64,000 nucleotides of DNA from Actinomycetaceae bacterium (lineage in GTDB: Bacteria; Actinomycetota; Actinomycetes; Actinomycetales; Actinomycetaceae). The notes beneath the pieces are model-generated. The model was not told the origin of the DNA. It saw only the letters and a program-made list of their open reading frames with translations, and did no database searches. Made by a program: the position numbers and the translations under genes. Shown here piece after piece: positions 47,186 to 58,850 of the stretch; position 1 is the stretch's first letter; each line of letters begins with the position of its first letter. The stretch spans positions 52,227-116,226 of the forward strand of contig JAUNVP010000007.1 of the NCBI GenBank assembly GCA_030537615.1, given 5' to 3'.

Positions 47186-48265
47186 ATGAGTAGCATGGAG
47201 TATGAAACGCCCAGGACGGCAGGTCGCTCGTTCGGACAAGCGCAGCGGCGCGGCCCGCTCAAGCGGGGAGACTTTGTCCAAATCACGGATCCGAAAGGAC
47301 GTCTCCATACCGTCACGTTGGAGCCTGGACAAGTATTCCAATGCTCACGAGGTCGCATTCCCCACGATGCCCTCATTGGAAGTCCGGCGTCCGTCACGGT
47401 CAAGGACGGGGATAAGCAGTTCCAAATTGTTCGCCCACTACTTGCTGACTATGTCATGTCAATGCCGCGTGGAGCAGCCATCATCTATCCGAAAGATGCT
47501 GCACAAATCGTTACGTTTGGCGATATATTCCCCGGTGCTCGCGTGCTCGAAGCCGGCGTCGGTTCCGGAGCTCTGTCTCTCTTCCTGCTCTCTGCGATTG
47601 GCACGACCGGCGAGCTGATATCAATCGAGCGTCGGGACGACTTTGCGGCGATTGCACAGGGTAACGTCGATTTATGGTTCGGTGGACGTCACCCGGCCTG
47701 GTCCGTTCGCATCGGAGAATTCAACGACGCCGCTCAAGCTCGTCGGGCCGAAAGCATTGATCGTGTCGTACTCGACATGCTGACTCCGTGGGAATGTCTC
47801 GACAGTGTGGCACGAGTCTTATCCCCTGGTGGAGTGCTCACCATCTACGTGGCGACAGTCACTCAGCTATCTCGGGTGAGAGAAGAGATCGTCTCGCGCG
47901 ACCGTTTTACGCCACCCCAGGTGTGGGAAAGCTTCATTCGTCCGTGGCATCTGGAAGGTCTCGCTGTGCGACCACAGCACCGGATGGTGGCACACACCGG
48001 CTTCATTCTCACCACGCGTACGCTAGCCACGGGACACGAACCTCAGCAGCGGGTTTCAAGGCCAGCCAAAGCCGCTGAAAACCTCCGGGGACAGTGGGAT
48101 GACGAAAACCAGTGGGGTGACGACCCCCAGCTCAATCGAGCGATATCGGCGAAGAAAGTCCGTCGGAGCGTTCGTGATGTCGTCGAGAAATCAAAGAATC
48201 TATTGAAGGATAGCGAGCGGACTGCCGCGGAACAGGACGCTCAGGAGGACAACGTTGAGTTCTAG
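47186..48265 (+). CDS. trmI: tRNA (adenine58-N1)-methyltransferase TrmI-like, with a charged C-terminal extension
   Basis: Rossmann 'VLEAGVGSGALS' SAM site. ~280 aa core plus ~80 aa of Lys/Glu/Asp-rich tail. Confidence 0.75.
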   Translation: MSSMEYETPRTAGRSFGQAQRRGPLKRGDFVQITDPKGRLHTVTLEPGQVFQCSRGRIPHDALIGSPASVTVKDGDKQFQIVRPLLADYVMSMPRGAAIIYPKDAAQIVTFGDIFPGARVLEAGVGSGALSLFLLSAIGTTGELISIERRDDFAAIAQGNVDLWFGGRHPAWSVRIGEFNDAAQARRAESIDRVVLDMLTPWECLDSVARVLSPGGVLTIYVATVTQLSRVREEIVSRDRFTPPQVWESFIRPWHLEGLAVRPQHRMVAHTGFILTTRTLATGHEPQQRVSRPAKAAENLRGQWDDENQWGDDPQLNRAISAKKVRRSVRDVVEKSKNLLKDSERTAAEQDAQEDNVEF

Positions 48266-49826
48266 TTTCACCGAGTCACAAATCGAAGACCTCAAACGCA
48301 CAGTAATTTCTCTCGAAGGAAAAAATGAGCGTTTAGCTGAAGCTCTCAAAGCCGCTCGAAACGAACTTGTCTCGATGCGGGAAAAAGTTGGGCAAGTCCT
48401 CAAGCCTCCCGCTCAAATTGGAGTATTTCTCCAATCCTTTGAGGACGTGCGAGAGGCGGAAGTCGCACTGGGAGGTCGCCTCATGCGATTGTCGGTTGCG
48501 CCGGAAGTCGATTTACTGGGACTCGCGCCGGGAGAATCGGTGCGAGTGAATGAGCAAATGATTGTTGCCGATCGACTACCGACGCTTCGAACCGGCCAAC
48601 TGGGAGCGGTTGTTGAACTCGTTGGCGCAGATCGAGCTCTACTGCAGATCGATGGCCAGTCATCGCGACTATTCCTGCTCGGGGGAGCACTGCGTCATGG
48701 GGGAGTGAAACCGGGTGATTCCCTCCTCGTTGATACGCGTAGTGGTATCGCACTCGAACGCATCACCCGATCGGACGTTGAACAGCTTCTCACTCCGGAG
48801 ATCCCCAACGTTACCTACAAAGACATTGGTGGACTCGGCGAACAAATCACGAAGGTTCGCGATGCGGTGGAATTGCCGTTTGTTCACCCCGACCTTTACC
48901 GCGACTACGGTCTGCGTGCCCCGAAAGGTATCCTCCTGTACGGACCTCCCGGATGCGGTAAAACTCTCATCGCTAAGGCAGTCGCTCATTCTCTCGCTCG
49001 CGCTAAGGGAAGGGCACAGCCCTACTTCCTTTCCGTTAAAGGGCCCGAACTGTTGAACAAGTTTGTCGGCGAGACCGAACGGCATATTCGGTCAATTTTT
49101 GCCCGCGCCCGCACTCTGGCAAAAAGAGATGTCCCCGTGGTGATTTTCTTCGACGAGATGGAAGCGATGTTCCGCACCCGCGGTACCGGGATTTCCTCCG
49201 ACGTGGAGACGATGATTGTTCCCCAAATGCTGGCAGAGATGGACGGTGTTGAAACCCTCGATAACGTCATTATTATCGGAGCATCGAACCGTGAAGACAT
49301 GATTGATCCTGCACTTCTGCGGCCTGGACGTCTCGACGTTCGCATCCGTATAGAGCGGCCTGATCGATCCGGGGCACGAGAAATTTTCTCAAAGTACCTC
49401 ACCACCTCGGTTCCGTTGTCCAACGAGACTCTCGCTCAGTATGGGAGCGCGGATGACGCAGTTGCGCGGATGACGGATACTCTCATCGAGCACATGTACA
49501 CGGATTCTCCGACGACAGCATTGTTCAAGCTGATTCTTGCCACGGGAGTGACACGGACAATTTTCGTATCCGATCTCATTTCCGGCGCCATGATCGCGGC
49601 GATTGTGGAACGGGCGAAGAAGTTTGCGGTCAAAGATACATTGCGTGGGAAGGCCGGGCTCACACTCGAACATTTGGAATTGGCGTTTAACGAGGAGATG
49701 AACGAAACGATGGATCTGGCGGCCACGACAACCCCGCAGGAGTGGGCGCGAATCACTGGAATGCGCGGTGATGACGTGGTGTCGGTGACGGCACTGCGCG
49801 ATGTGGAGGGACCGTTCCATGTCTAG
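48255..49826 (+). CDS. arc: proteasome-associated AAA ATPase ARC/Mpa homologue
   Basis: N-terminal coiled coil and OB domains. AAA 'GPPGCGKT' and 'IIFFDEME' motifs. C-terminus '...VEGPFHV' lacks a GQYL tail. Confidence 0.9.
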   Translation: MSSSFTESQIEDLKRTVISLEGKNERLAEALKAARNELVSMREKVGQVLKPPAQIGVFLQSFEDVREAEVALGGRLMRLSVAPEVDLLGLAPGESVRVNEQMIVADRLPTLRTGQLGAVVELVGADRALLQIDGQSSRLFLLGGALRHGGVKPGDSLLVDTRSGIALERITRSDVEQLLTPEIPNVTYKDIGGLGEQITKVRDAVELPFVHPDLYRDYGLRAPKGILLYGPPGCGKTLIAKAVAHSLARAKGRAQPYFLSVKGPELLNKFVGETERHIRSIFARARTLAKRDVPVVIFFDEMEAMFRTRGTGISSDVETMIVPQMLAEMDGVETLDNVIIIGASNREDMIDPALLRPGRLDVRIRIERPDRSGAREIFSKYLTTSVPLSNETLAQYGSADDAVARMTDTLIEHMYTDSPTTALFKLILATGVTRTIFVSDLISGAMIAAIVERAKKFAVKDTLRGKAGLTLEHLELAFNEEMNETMDLAATTTPQEWARITGMRGDDVVSVTALRDVEGPFHV

Positions 49827-51381
49827 CAGAGTGATGGGAAGTGAGACGGAGTTCGGAATTACCCAGGTCGGGGTACCGAACGCCAACCCAATCGTGCTGT
49901 CTGCACTCACCGTCGAGGCCTATGCCCGAAGCATGAATTCTGAGCATCTGGTGCATTGGGACTACACCGGGGAAGATCCCCTCAACGACGCTCGAGGATA
50001 CCGCCTTGCACGGGCTAATGCCCATCCGTCAATGTTGACTGACGATCCCTATCGACTCGCCCCGTCAGGAGGTGTGAGTTTTGAGGATCCTCCGACGGAA
50101 TACGAGCGTCGCACTCAGCGCACAACGTCGATCGTTCTTCCCAACGGAGGGCGCTTCTACGTCGATCACGCGCATCCGGAGTATTCTTCGCCAGAGACAA
50201 CGAATGCGCTCGATGCGGTATTGTACGATCGGGCGGGCGATCGCATAGCTCAACTGGCGATGGAAGCCGCCGCGCAGACCACAGAAATTGCGCTATATAA
50301 GAACAATACTGACGGCAAAGGGGCTTCCTACGGAACCCACGAGAACTATCAGGTGAGTCGAACAGTTGACCTCGACGACATTATCAGCGTCCTCACTCCG
50401 TTTTTCGTAACTCGCCCAATCATTTGCGGTTCGGGCCGTGTAGGGATCGGGCAACATGGTGAGGTCGCGGGATACCAGATTTCACAGCGTGCGGATTTTA
50501 TTGAGAACGAGGTCGGCCTAGAAACGACGTTTAACCGTCCGATTATCAACACTCGCGATGAACCTCACGCGGACGCACGGACGTATCGCAGGCTCCACGT
50601 CATTAATGGTGATGCGAACCAGTTTGATGTCTCGACTTTCTTACGTTTGGGGACGACTGCTCTCGTGCTTCGGGCACTCGAGCAGGGCAACCACCTATCG
50701 TGGGATAGCCTCATGCTTGACCAGGATCCAGTGCGTACGGCGTGGACCGTATCGCATGACCTGAGTTTTACGCAACGTATCGACACGCGTTCGGGCAGAG
50801 CCTTGACGGCGATCGAGATGCAACGGGCATACCGTGACCGTATCGGCGAAACTCTATCGAATTTTTCTCCGGTGGAGCAGATGGTCCTCGACCTATGGGA
50901 TGAGGTACTGGCCGGCCTCACGTCGGATCGCGATAGCATCGCGCATCTGGTTGAGTGGGTTGGAAAATATGTCTTGTTCGAACGCCAGCGTGAGCGGCTC
51001 CAGACCGACTGGAATGATCCTCGGCTGCTAGCTATGGATCTGCAATGGGCCGATCTGCGCCCCGATAAGTCTCTCGTGGCGAAACTGGCTCAGGCGGGAC
51101 GTGTCCATCGACTCGTTACTGACGCTGACGTGGAACGCGCCGTAAGTCAGCCTCCAGTCGATACTCGCGCATACGTGCGAGGACGAGCAATCGAGCGTTT
51201 AGGAACCGTAGAAAAAGCATCGTGGACATCGATCGTTGTCGCCGATGCGAGTTCTGAGCGACTTTGTCGTATCCCTCTACCGGACCCGACAGATGCTTCT
51301 CTCAGAGGTGAAATAGACTTGATTGAACATGGGACGACGCGAGAACTCATCTCGCATATCAGCCAAGGCAAAAAGGAGTGA
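49801..51381 (+). CDS. dop: Pup deamidase/depupylase
   Basis: 'GSETEFGI' glutamine-synthetase-like N-terminus. 526 aa, the longer Dop form. Immediately upstream of pup. Confidence 0.8.
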   Translation: MWRDRSMSSRVMGSETEFGITQVGVPNANPIVLSALTVEAYARSMNSEHLVHWDYTGEDPLNDARGYRLARANAHPSMLTDDPYRLAPSGGVSFEDPPTEYERRTQRTTSIVLPNGGRFYVDHAHPEYSSPETTNALDAVLYDRAGDRIAQLAMEAAAQTTEIALYKNNTDGKGASYGTHENYQVSRTVDLDDIISVLTPFFVTRPIICGSGRVGIGQHGEVAGYQISQRADFIENEVGLETTFNRPIINTRDEPHADARTYRRLHVINGDANQFDVSTFLRLGTTALVLRALEQGNHLSWDSLMLDQDPVRTAWTVSHDLSFTQRIDTRSGRALTAIEMQRAYRDRIGETLSNFSPVEQMVLDLWDEVLAGLTSDRDSIAHLVEWVGKYVLFERQRERLQTDWNDPRLLAMDLQWADLRPDKSLVAKLAQAGRVHRLVTDADVERAVSQPPVDTRAYVRGRAIERLGTVEKASWTSIVVADASSERLCRIPLPDPTDASLRGEIDLIEHGTTRELISHISQGKKE

Positions 51382-51560
51382 CCGTGACTCAGCAGTATGC
51401 ACCGGGTGGAAAATCGCACGATGACAGCGAGGAGGACACCGCGGGGCAAGTTCACGTACAACAATCGAATCTTGACGACCTTCTCGACGATATCGATACC
51501 GTTTTAGAAACTGACGCCCAATCTTTTGTGCAGAGTTTCGTTCAAAAAGGCGGAGAATAA
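51378..51560 (+). CDS. pup: prokaryotic ubiquitin-like protein Pup (C-terminal GGE)
   Basis: ~60 aa, acidic and disordered. Ends '...FVQKGGE'. Starts at GTG 51378 or GTG 51384, and overlaps the dop stop. Confidence 0.8.
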   Translation: MTVTQQYAPGGKSHDDSEEDTAGQVHVQQSNLDDLLDDIDTVLETDAQSFVQSFVQKGGE

Positions 51561-51581
51561 TCCGCTAGGGAGAAACCGAGT

Positions 51582-52970
51582 GTGAATCGACGAATATTTG
51601 GAATAGAAACGGAATACGGTCTGCTGTGTGCGGACGCAGGAGATGAACCGGTCAGCGTCGAATTAGCGGCTCGTATCCTCTTCAAACCTCTGGTCGAAAG
51701 TGGGCGCAGTTCGAATGTGTACTGGCGCAATGGCGGTCGGATCTACCTCGATGTGGGAGCTCATCCCGAATATGCCACGGCCGAATGCGATCGGGTTGAG
51801 GATCTTCTACTCCAGGATCGGGCCGGCGACTATCTGTTTGCGGATTTGGCTCGCCGAGCGGATGAAGCATTAGCCAACTGTGGAACCGGTGGGAAAATCC
51901 ACCTGTTCCGCAATAATGAGGACTTCGAAGGACACTCTTTCGGATGTCATGAAAACTACCTGTTGCGGCGCAGGAGTAACTTCCGCCAGGTCGTCGATGC
52001 CCTTGTGTCATTTTTCGTCACTCGCCAGATCCTCACGGGAGCGGGTCATATTCACCGAGATGGAAAACCCCGCTTCGGGTACTCATCCCGGGCCATTCAT
52101 ATGAGTGATGCGGTTTCTTCTGCAACGACGAGAAGCCGTCCGATTATCAATACTCGTGATGAGCCGTTAGCGGACGCGAGTGAGTATCGTCGCTTGCACG
52201 TCATTGTCGGAGATACGAACGTCTCAGAATCATCGACTGCTCTCAAAGTAGTCATGACCGACCTGCTACTTTCCGCCGTTGAGAATGGAGTGCGTATTGA
52301 GGATCTCGCATTGAAGGATCCTCTGGCGTCCATTCGTGCGATTGATGACGAGCTAGGGTCAAATATCGTTGTCGAGTTGGAGAACGGACGGACCATGACC
52401 GTTGTCGCCCTCCAACGAGAATTGCGACGCCGCGTTCTAGATCATGTTGATCTCGATAGTGCCTCTCCTCTCGTTCACCGCATGGTCGACCTGTGGGATC
52501 GGGGGCTGGTAGCTGTCGAAACCGGAGAGCACGGACTGATCAATACGGAACTGGACTGGGCGATTAAACGCGACCTCATTGTTCGCTTTATGGAGCGTTC
52601 CGGAGCTGATCTGTTGGATCCGCGGGTGAGTCGCCTGGAACTGGCCTATCACGACATCACCGGAAAAACTGTGGCCGAGCGCCTTGAAGAAAGCGGAGCT
52701 ATGGTCCGCTTGACCGCGGAGGCCGATACGCGTCGGGCGATGGATACTCCGCCGGCTTCGACGCGCGCACACCTCCGCGGCCAATTGATCGCGGCCGCCG
52801 AGCAGCATCGGAGAGATTTTAAGGCCGAGTGGAAAGAAATTGGTCTATTTTCCGGGGAACAATGGACGAGCGTTATCCTGCCGGACCCGTTTGCCACTGA
52901 AGATCCCAGAATCGATGAGATGATCGAGAAAATACAAACCGACAACCGTGGACCTAGAGTATTCGCGTGA
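51582..52970 (+). CDS. pafA: Pup-protein ligase
   Basis: 'GIETEYGL' N-terminus. 462 aa, the PafA size class. Confidence 0.85.
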   Translation: MNRRIFGIETEYGLLCADAGDEPVSVELAARILFKPLVESGRSSNVYWRNGGRIYLDVGAHPEYATAECDRVEDLLLQDRAGDYLFADLARRADEALANCGTGGKIHLFRNNEDFEGHSFGCHENYLLRRRSNFRQVVDALVSFFVTRQILTGAGHIHRDGKPRFGYSSRAIHMSDAVSSATTRSRPIINTRDEPLADASEYRRLHVIVGDTNVSESSTALKVVMTDLLLSAVENGVRIEDLALKDPLASIRAIDDELGSNIVVELENGRTMTVVALQRELRRRVLDHVDLDSASPLVHRMVDLWDRGLVAVETGEHGLINTELDWAIKRDLIVRFMERSGADLLDPRVSRLELAYHDITGKTVAERLEESGAMVRLTAEADTRRAMDTPPASTRAHLRGQLIAAAEQHRRDFKAEWKEIGLFSGEQWTSVILPDPFATEDPRIDEMIEKIQTDNRGPRVFA

Positions 52971-53953
52971 TGAGACGAAGAAAGAAACCATCGCAGGGCG
53001 CGCGGCCCGACGCGTACGCGATGCCATCGCGAACGATGCAGCGCAAGACACTGCGCAGACGAGTGACTCGATGGTGGCGAGAAGCAGTTGTCCTTCTGGT
53101 CATTATCGTCGTTTCGGTTACCGCGGTCATCGTTATCAATAACCGTGAAAAGAATCCAGGAGTGGTAACCGAGGATTCGTGGTTCGACAGGATTCACGTA
53201 TCCGGACGCGTAGGTCGGATTCCTGCTCTCGCGCTGTCTGAACCGGTATCGGTCACATCGGCGAAAGTACGGGAGATCGAAAAGGGGAGTGGCCGCGAAA
53301 TAACGGCGGAATCTCCACTCATTGTGTCCATCACATCATTTTCGGGTGAAGACGGTACGCTCATTTCTCCCGATGCACGTTCGGTCACGATGGTGGGTGA
53401 AGCGAGTGAAAAGGATTTCGACTCGACCCTCGTCAAGGGCGTGGTCGGAAAAACCGAGGGATCCCGGGTCCTCTTCGTGCGTCCCGTGGGAGCTAAAGAC
53501 AAACGAACAACGGAAATCAACGTCATCGATATTCTCCACTCGGCGGCTTCGGGTACCGAGGTGGAGGACCCGGGAGGTCCGCTGACGGTTGAGATCACCG
53601 ATGCTGGTCCCCGGTTGTCACACGCTGACGAAGACCCACCGACCGAGCTCACTGTTCAAACTCTCATCGAAGGAGACGGTCAACAGGTCCGTCCCGAAGA
53701 CAGTGTGCTCGTTCAATATGTGAGCGCAAATTGGGACGATTGGGTGGAACGGGGATCGACGTGGTCAACTGGAATTCCGGAGTCGATTGACTTGGCGGAA
53801 ACAATGCCGGGCGTGAGAAATGCTCTCGTTGATCAGCGGGTCGGCACCCGCTTGGCAATCACCATTCCGCCGCAGCTCGCGCAAGGGGATTCCACGCTCA
53901 TGATGGTGGTGGATATTTTAGGTACTCAGCCGCGTCGTAGTGACGACGAATAG
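52967..53953 (+). CDS. membrane-anchored FKBP-type peptidyl-prolyl cis-trans isomerase (tandem FKBP-like domains)
   Basis: N-terminal TM helix. C-terminal 'VLVQYVSANWDDW...IPPQLAQG' FKBP pattern. 4-nt overlap with pafA. Confidence 0.65.
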   Translation: MMRRRKKPSQGARPDAYAMPSRTMQRKTLRRRVTRWWREAVVLLVIIVVSVTAVIVINNREKNPGVVTEDSWFDRIHVSGRVGRIPALALSEPVSVTSAKVREIEKGSGREITAESPLIVSITSFSGEDGTLISPDARSVTMVGEASEKDFDSTLVKGVVGKTEGSRVLFVRPVGAKDKRTTEINVIDILHSAASGTEVEDPGGPLTVEITDAGPRLSHADEDPPTELTVQTLIEGDGQQVRPEDSVLVQYVSANWDDWVERGSTWSTGIPESIDLAETMPGVRNALVDQRVGTRLAITIPPQLAQGDSTLMMVVDILGTQPRRSDDE

Positions 53954-53962
53954 GGAGGAAAA

Positions 53963-54751
53963 ATGAGTGTGACGGTACGGATCATTCCGTGTTTGGACGT
54001 TGCCGATGGGCGCGTTGTCAAGGGGGTCAACTTCACCAATCTCCGAGACGCTGGCGATCCTGTCGAACTCGCCCACACGTACGGGCAAGCTGGGGCAGAT
54101 GAATTGACGTTTCTCGATATTTCCGCTTCCAAGGAGGGGCGTGGTACGACGCTGGATGTTGTTTCACGTACCGCAGAACAGGTATTTATTCCTTTGACAG
54201 TTGGTGGCGGTGTCCGTACAGCCGAAGACGTCAACCAACTTCTTCTCGCGGGGGCCGACAAAGTCAGTGTCAATACGGCGGCCATTGATAATCCCGATCT
54301 GATTGATCAAGTGGCCAACCGATTTGGCAATCAAGTGCTCGTTTTGTCGGTTGATGCTCGCCGCTGTCCGAACGGAGTATCGACCCCCTCGGGATTCGAG
54401 GTCACTACCCACGGAGGAACTCGCTCGACAGGTATTGACGCCATCGGTTGGGCACGAGACGCGCAGGCACGCGGGGTTGGTGAGATTCTTCTCAACTCGA
54501 TGGACGCCGACGGTGTACAGCAGGGATTCGATCTTGAGATGCTGGCGGCAATTCAGGAACATGTCACCGTCCCGGTGATCGCCTCCGGCGGCGCAGGGAC
54601 TGTTGAACATTTCGTTGAGGCTGCTCGTGCGGGGGCCGATGCGATCCTGGCGGCGTCGGTATTCCATTTTGGAACCGTATCGATCAGCGACGTCAAAAGC
54701 GCGTTAAAGGATGCGGGCTTCGAGGTGAGAACGGGGCGAGCGAGTGACTGA
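53963..54751 (+). CDS. hisF: imidazole glycerol phosphate synthase cyclase subunit
   Basis: '[16 protein letters not shown]' TIM-barrel HisF signature. Confidence 0.95.
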   Translation: MSVTVRIIPCLDVADGRVVKGVNFTNLRDAGDPVELAHTYGQAGADELTFLDISASKEGRGTTLDVVSRTAEQVFIPLTVGGGVRTAEDVNQLLLAGADKVSVNTAAIDNPDLIDQVANRFGNQVLVLSVDARRCPNGVSTPSGFEVTTHGGTRSTGIDAIGWARDAQARGVGEILLNSMDADGVQQGFDLEMLAAIQEHVTVPVIASGGAGTVEHFVEAARAGADAILAASVFHFGTVSISDVKSALKDAGFEVRTGRASD

Positions 54752-55124
54752 GATCGACACCGTCGACGAGGTTATCGCACGCCTCAAACACGATGAAGCC
54801 GGCCTGGTTTGCGCTGTTATTCAGCAGGCAAACACGATGAAAATACTGATGGTCGGATGGATGAACGATGAGGCCGTGCGCCGCACACTCACCGAGGGAC
54901 GAGTCACCTTCTGGTCCCGCTCCCGCCAAGAATACTGGCGCAAAGGCGACACCTCTGGACACTACCAGTACGTCCAACGCGCCTTCATTGACTGCGATGG
55001 TGATGCTCTTTTGATCCAGGTCGATCAGGTTGGCGCGGCTTGCCATACGGGGCAATACTCGTGTTTTGATGAGGGCGGCCAACTGCCGAGTACAATAACG
55101 CACCCAATCGCAGAGGAACTATGA
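54744..55124 (+). CDS. hisI: phosphoribosyl-AMP cyclohydrolase
   Basis: 126 aa with 'CHTGQYSCF' zinc-site motif. Confidence 0.9.
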   Translation: MTEIDTVDEVIARLKHDEAGLVCAVIQQANTMKILMVGWMNDEAVRRTLTEGRVTFWSRSRQEYWRKGDTSGHYQYVQRAFIDCDGDALLIQVDQVGAACHTGQYSCFDEGGQLPSTITHPIAEEL

Positions 55125-56680
55125 GCGAGTTTTCATCCCCCGGCAATCTCGAATGGGGTCAGACCTGGCCGACCCTGAGCCACTTCACTGTTCTAGCCCA
55201 GGATCGACGCGTCATCCCGGTGGCGCGCCGCATCATCGCCGATGAGATCACCCCGGTTGGGCTCTACCGGAAAGTGACTGAGTCCGAGGACATTCACTTC
55301 ATTCTCGAATCGGCTGAGCACGACGGTGCGTGGTCTCGCTGGTCGTTCGTCGGAGCGGGGGCGCGTGCCGCCCTGATTTCCGATTCCCAGGGCGCTCGGT
55401 GGGTGGGAGAAGCTCCCGTCAACGTGCTACAGAACGGACCGATTACCGATGTCATCACGTCGGCACTGACTGAGTTACGCGCACCCCATATCGACGGGCT
55501 GCCACCGTTGACGGGCGCCCTCGTCGGTACTCTTGGCTGGGCGCTATCAGCCGAGTGGGAGCCGCACGTGCGCGATGTTGTGAAGCACGAAGAGGGCCTG
55601 CCCGACGTGGCCTTGCTGATGGCGTCCAATGTCTACGCCCTCGATCACAAGGACGGTTCTGTTTGGCTTATTGCTAACGCGTGGAACATCAATAACCGTG
55701 CGGATGGAGTTGAGGATGCCTACGCCGATGCCGTCCGCCGACTTGATGAAATGGAAGCCGTCCTTTCGGACTCCTTTGTCCCCCGTATCATGGGCAGAGG
55801 AACATCCGCGAAACTCGATATCCAGATCCGAACCGGGCAATCCGATTTTGAAACTGGCGTCCGTGGTTGTCAGCAATCGATCTATGACGGTGATGCTTTC
55901 CAGATCGTGCTGTCGACCCGCACCGATATCCCGATCTCGGTTGAGCCGATTGAAATCTATCGAGCGTTACGGACGGTCAATCCCTCGCCGTACATGTATT
56001 GTTTTGCGCTTCCTGCCGGTAACGGAGAGTATTTCCATGTGGTTGGGTCCTCTCCAGAGACACTCGTCAAAGTGAGCGGAGATCGAGCGTGGTCTTTCCC
56101 GATTGCCGGCTCTCGACCACGCGGGAGCAATCCGGCTGAGGATCTCGCGTTAGAAGAGGACCTTCTCGCCGATGAGAAAGAGATCGCGGAACATATTATG
56201 CTCGTCGATCTTGCGCGCAACGACCTGTCGAAAGTGTGTGACCCGGCATCGGTCAACGTCGAGACTTTGATGGAAGTCAAGCGGTTTTCCCACATTATGC
56301 ACGTCTCGTCAACCGTGACTGGACGAGTCGATCCGGATGTTAATCGCATGGACGTCCTCTCAGCAGTGTTCCCAGCGGGTACCTTGTCGGGTGCGCCTAA
56401 GCCGAAGGCCATCGAGATCATCGAGATGCGAGAATCCCTCCCACGCGGTGTGTACGGGGGAGTGGTCGGCTACTTTGACCTCAGTGGTGACGCTGATTTC
56501 GCCATTGCTATTCGCACCGCGGTTATTCGTCACTCGATCGCATCGATCCAAGCCGGTGCTGGCATCGTCGCTGACTCCCAACCGGCGAAAGAATGGGAAG
56601 AAACACAGAACAAGGCGGCTGCGATGGTGCGAGCTATTCAACTCGCACACGATCGTGACCCACTGGTCGAGCATCGCTGA
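55121..56680 (+). CDS. trpE: anthranilate synthase component I
   Basis: Chorismate-binding domain ('GAGIVADS', 'RTGQSDFE'). 4-nt overlap with hisI. Confidence 0.9.
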   Translation: MSEFSSPGNLEWGQTWPTLSHFTVLAQDRRVIPVARRIIADEITPVGLYRKVTESEDIHFILESAEHDGAWSRWSFVGAGARAALISDSQGARWVGEAPVNVLQNGPITDVITSALTELRAPHIDGLPPLTGALVGTLGWALSAEWEPHVRDVVKHEEGLPDVALLMASNVYALDHKDGSVWLIANAWNINNRADGVEDAYADAVRRLDEMEAVLSDSFVPRIMGRGTSAKLDIQIRTGQSDFETGVRGCQQSIYDGDAFQIVLSTRTDIPISVEPIEIYRALRTVNPSPYMYCFALPAGNGEYFHVVGSSPETLVKVSGDRAWSFPIAGSRPRGSNPAEDLALEEDLLADEKEIAEHIMLVDLARNDLSKVCDPASVNVETLMEVKRFSHIMHVSSTVTGRVDPDVNRMDVLSAVFPAGTLSGAPKPKAIEIIEMRESLPRGVYGGVVGYFDLSGDADFAIAIRTAVIRHSIASIQAGAGIVADSQPAKEWEETQNKAAAMVRAIQLAHDRDPLVEHR

Positions 56681-56768
56681 CCTGCTCATGTTTTGATCAG
56701 ACGCAGATTCGATTTGGTGATCGGGGCCACCACATGACTAGACTCAATCGGGGTGGAAGGAGACCTGC

Positions 56769-57641
56769 ATGAGTGTGCTCGACTCTATCGTTCAAGGAGT
56801 GCGTGAAGACCTGGCAACACGGGAAGCGCGTGTTCCCCTGGATGAGATCAAGAAGCGCGCGAAGAGTGCCCCTGCGCCCCTCGATGCGGTAGGCGCGTTG
56901 CGTAAAGGGCCCGGAGCGGTCAATATCATTGCCGAAGTGAAACGATCCTCACCCTCGAAAGGAACGCTGGCTGAGATTCCCAACCCGGGAGCTTTAGCGC
57001 GTGAGTACGAGGCGGGAGGGGCATCAGTCATTTCTTGTTTGACTGAAAAGCGTCGTTTCAATGGCTCTTTAGCCGACTTCGACGAAGTTCGTCGATCGGT
57101 CGAGATCCCCCTGTTGCGCAAGGATTTCATTATTTCGCCCTATCAGATTCATGAGTCGCGCGCACACGGGGCCGATATGGTTCTGCTCATCGTCGCGTGC
57201 TTGGATCAGGCGCAGTTGGAGAGCTTCATCGAACGCACGGAATCGCTCGGCATGACTGCCCTCGTCGAGGCTCACTCACGCCTAGAAGTCTGTCGCGCTC
57301 TCGACGCCGGCGCGAAAGTCATCGGTGTCAACGCTCGGGATCTCACGACGCTCTCAGTCGATCGTTCGAATTTTGCGCAGGTTGTCGACGTAGTTCCCGG
57401 TGATGTTGTCGCCGTGGCTGAGTCCGGTGTGCGCGGGGCTCATGACGTATTTGAATACGCCCAGGCCGGAGCCGATGCGGTTCTCGTCGGGGAAGCTCTC
57501 GTGAAGTCGGGCAACCCACGCGATCGCGTCGCCGATATGGTGGCTGCAGGGCAGCATCCCGCCTTGCAATCCGATCGCAAAGCGCGCGTTAAGCGCACGG
57601 TCATTGAACAGCAGCTTGAACAGTACAGGCGAGGTAACTAA
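56769..57641 (+). CDS. trpC: indole-3-glycerol phosphate synthase
   Basis: '[12 protein letters not shown]' and 'LRKDFI' motifs. Confidence 0.9.
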   Translation: MSVLDSIVQGVREDLATREARVPLDEIKKRAKSAPAPLDAVGALRKGPGAVNIIAEVKRSSPSKGTLAEIPNPGALAREYEAGGASVISCLTEKRRFNGSLADFDEVRRSVEIPLLRKDFIISPYQIHESRAHGADMVLLIVACLDQAQLESFIERTESLGMTALVEAHSRLEVCRALDAGAKVIGVNARDLTTLSVDRSNFAQVVDVVPGDVVAVAESGVRGAHDVFEYAQAGADAVLVGEALVKSGNPRDRVADMVAAGQHPALQSDRKARVKRTVIEQQLEQYRRGN

Positions 57642-58850
57642 ATGCAGGAGCAGGGACCATACTTTGGTGAGTTCGGAGGCGTCTACGTCGCTGAGTCTCT
57701 GATGGCGGCACTCGAAGAACTAACGGAAAAGTGGTCGCAGCTCAAGCAAGATCCGGATTTTCTTTCCGAACTTCACGACCTGGGACGGAACTATTCAGGC
57801 CGCCCCTCACTCTTGACCGAAGCAACACGATTTGCTGAGGGGCTCGGGATCCGAGTCTTCCTCAAACGTGAAGATCTCAATCACACCGGCTCCCACAAGA
57901 TCAATAACGTTCTTGGCCAAGCGCTACTGACCAAACGCATCGGTAAGACCCGGGTGATTGCCGAGACCGGGGCCGGCCAGCACGGTGTGGCAACCGCGAC
58001 AGCAGCGGCTCTGCTCGGTCTCGACTGTACGATTTACATGGGTGCTGAAGATACTCGGCGCCAGGCTCTCAACGTCGCACGGATGCGGTTACTCGGGGCG
58101 GAGGTTATTCCCGTCACGCAGGGGTCGCAGACCTTGAAAGATGCGATTAATGAAGCCTTCCGCGATTGGGTGACGAATGTCGAGACGACAAACTACATCT
58201 TTGGAACGGCAGCCGGCCCCCACCCGTTCCCGGCACTCGTCCGCGACCTCCAGCGCGTGATTGGCGATGAAGCGCGCGAACAGATTCTGCGGCAAACCGG
58301 AGAGCTACCCGCCATGGTGTGTGCGTGCGTCGGCGGCGGCTCCAATGCGATCGGAACTTTCACAGCTTTCATCGATGACACCGATGTGCAGTTGCTCGGG
58401 TGCGAGGCAGCCGGCGACGGCGTTGAAACCGGGCGGCACGCGGCCTCGATCACAGCTGGATCAGTCGGTGTATTACACGGCGCAAAGACGTTTATCCTCC
58501 AAGGCGAGGACGGACAGACCCAGGCATCCCATTCGATTTCCGCCGGCCTAGACTATCCCGGAGTCGGCCCCCAACACGCCTATCTGGCGGCGTCTCATCG
58601 AGCACACTACATCCCGGTTACCGATAGGGCTGCAATGGAGGCTTTCGAGCGGTTATCCCGCACGGAGGGGATCATTCCAGCCATCGAGTCCGCCCACGCT
58701 CTAGCTGGCGCTATTGCATGGGCGAAGGACAATGGGAACGAGAATGATCCTCCGATCGTCATCGTGTGTCTGTCTGGTCGTGGCGACAAAGATGTGGCGA
58801 CAGCTGCGAAATGGTTTGATCTTCTCGATGAGAGTGAGGACGCAGAATGA
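57642..58850 (+). CDS. trpB: tryptophan synthase beta chain
   Basis: 'HTGSHKINN' PLP-lysine motif. Confidence 0.95.
   Translation: MQEQGPYFGEFGGVYVAESLMAALEELTEKWSQLKQDPDFLSELHDLGRNYSGRPSLLTEATRFAEGLGIRVFLKREDLNHTGSHKINNVLGQALLTKRIGKTRVIAETGAGQHGVATATAAALLGLDCTIYMGAEDTRRQALNVARMRLLGAEVIPVTQGSQTLKDAINEAFRDWVTNVETTNYIFGTAAGPHPFPALVRDLQRVIGDEAREQILRQTGELPAMVCACVGGGSNAIGTFTAFIDDTDVQLLGCEAAGDGVETGRHAASITAGSVGVLHGAKTFILQGEDGQTQASHSISAGLDYPGVGPQHAYLAASHRAHYIPVTDRAAMEAFERLSRTEGIIPAIESAHALAGAIAWAKDNGNENDPPIVIVCLSGRGDKDVATAAKWFDLLDESEDAE

Noticed and set aside
51378-51383. Alternative Pup start (GTG 51378 versus GTG 51384).
   Set aside because: Cannot be resolved from sequence alone. The ribosome-binding site AAAAGGAG at 51371-51378 fits the 51384 start better, but both are in frame. 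Kept the longer coordinates with a note.
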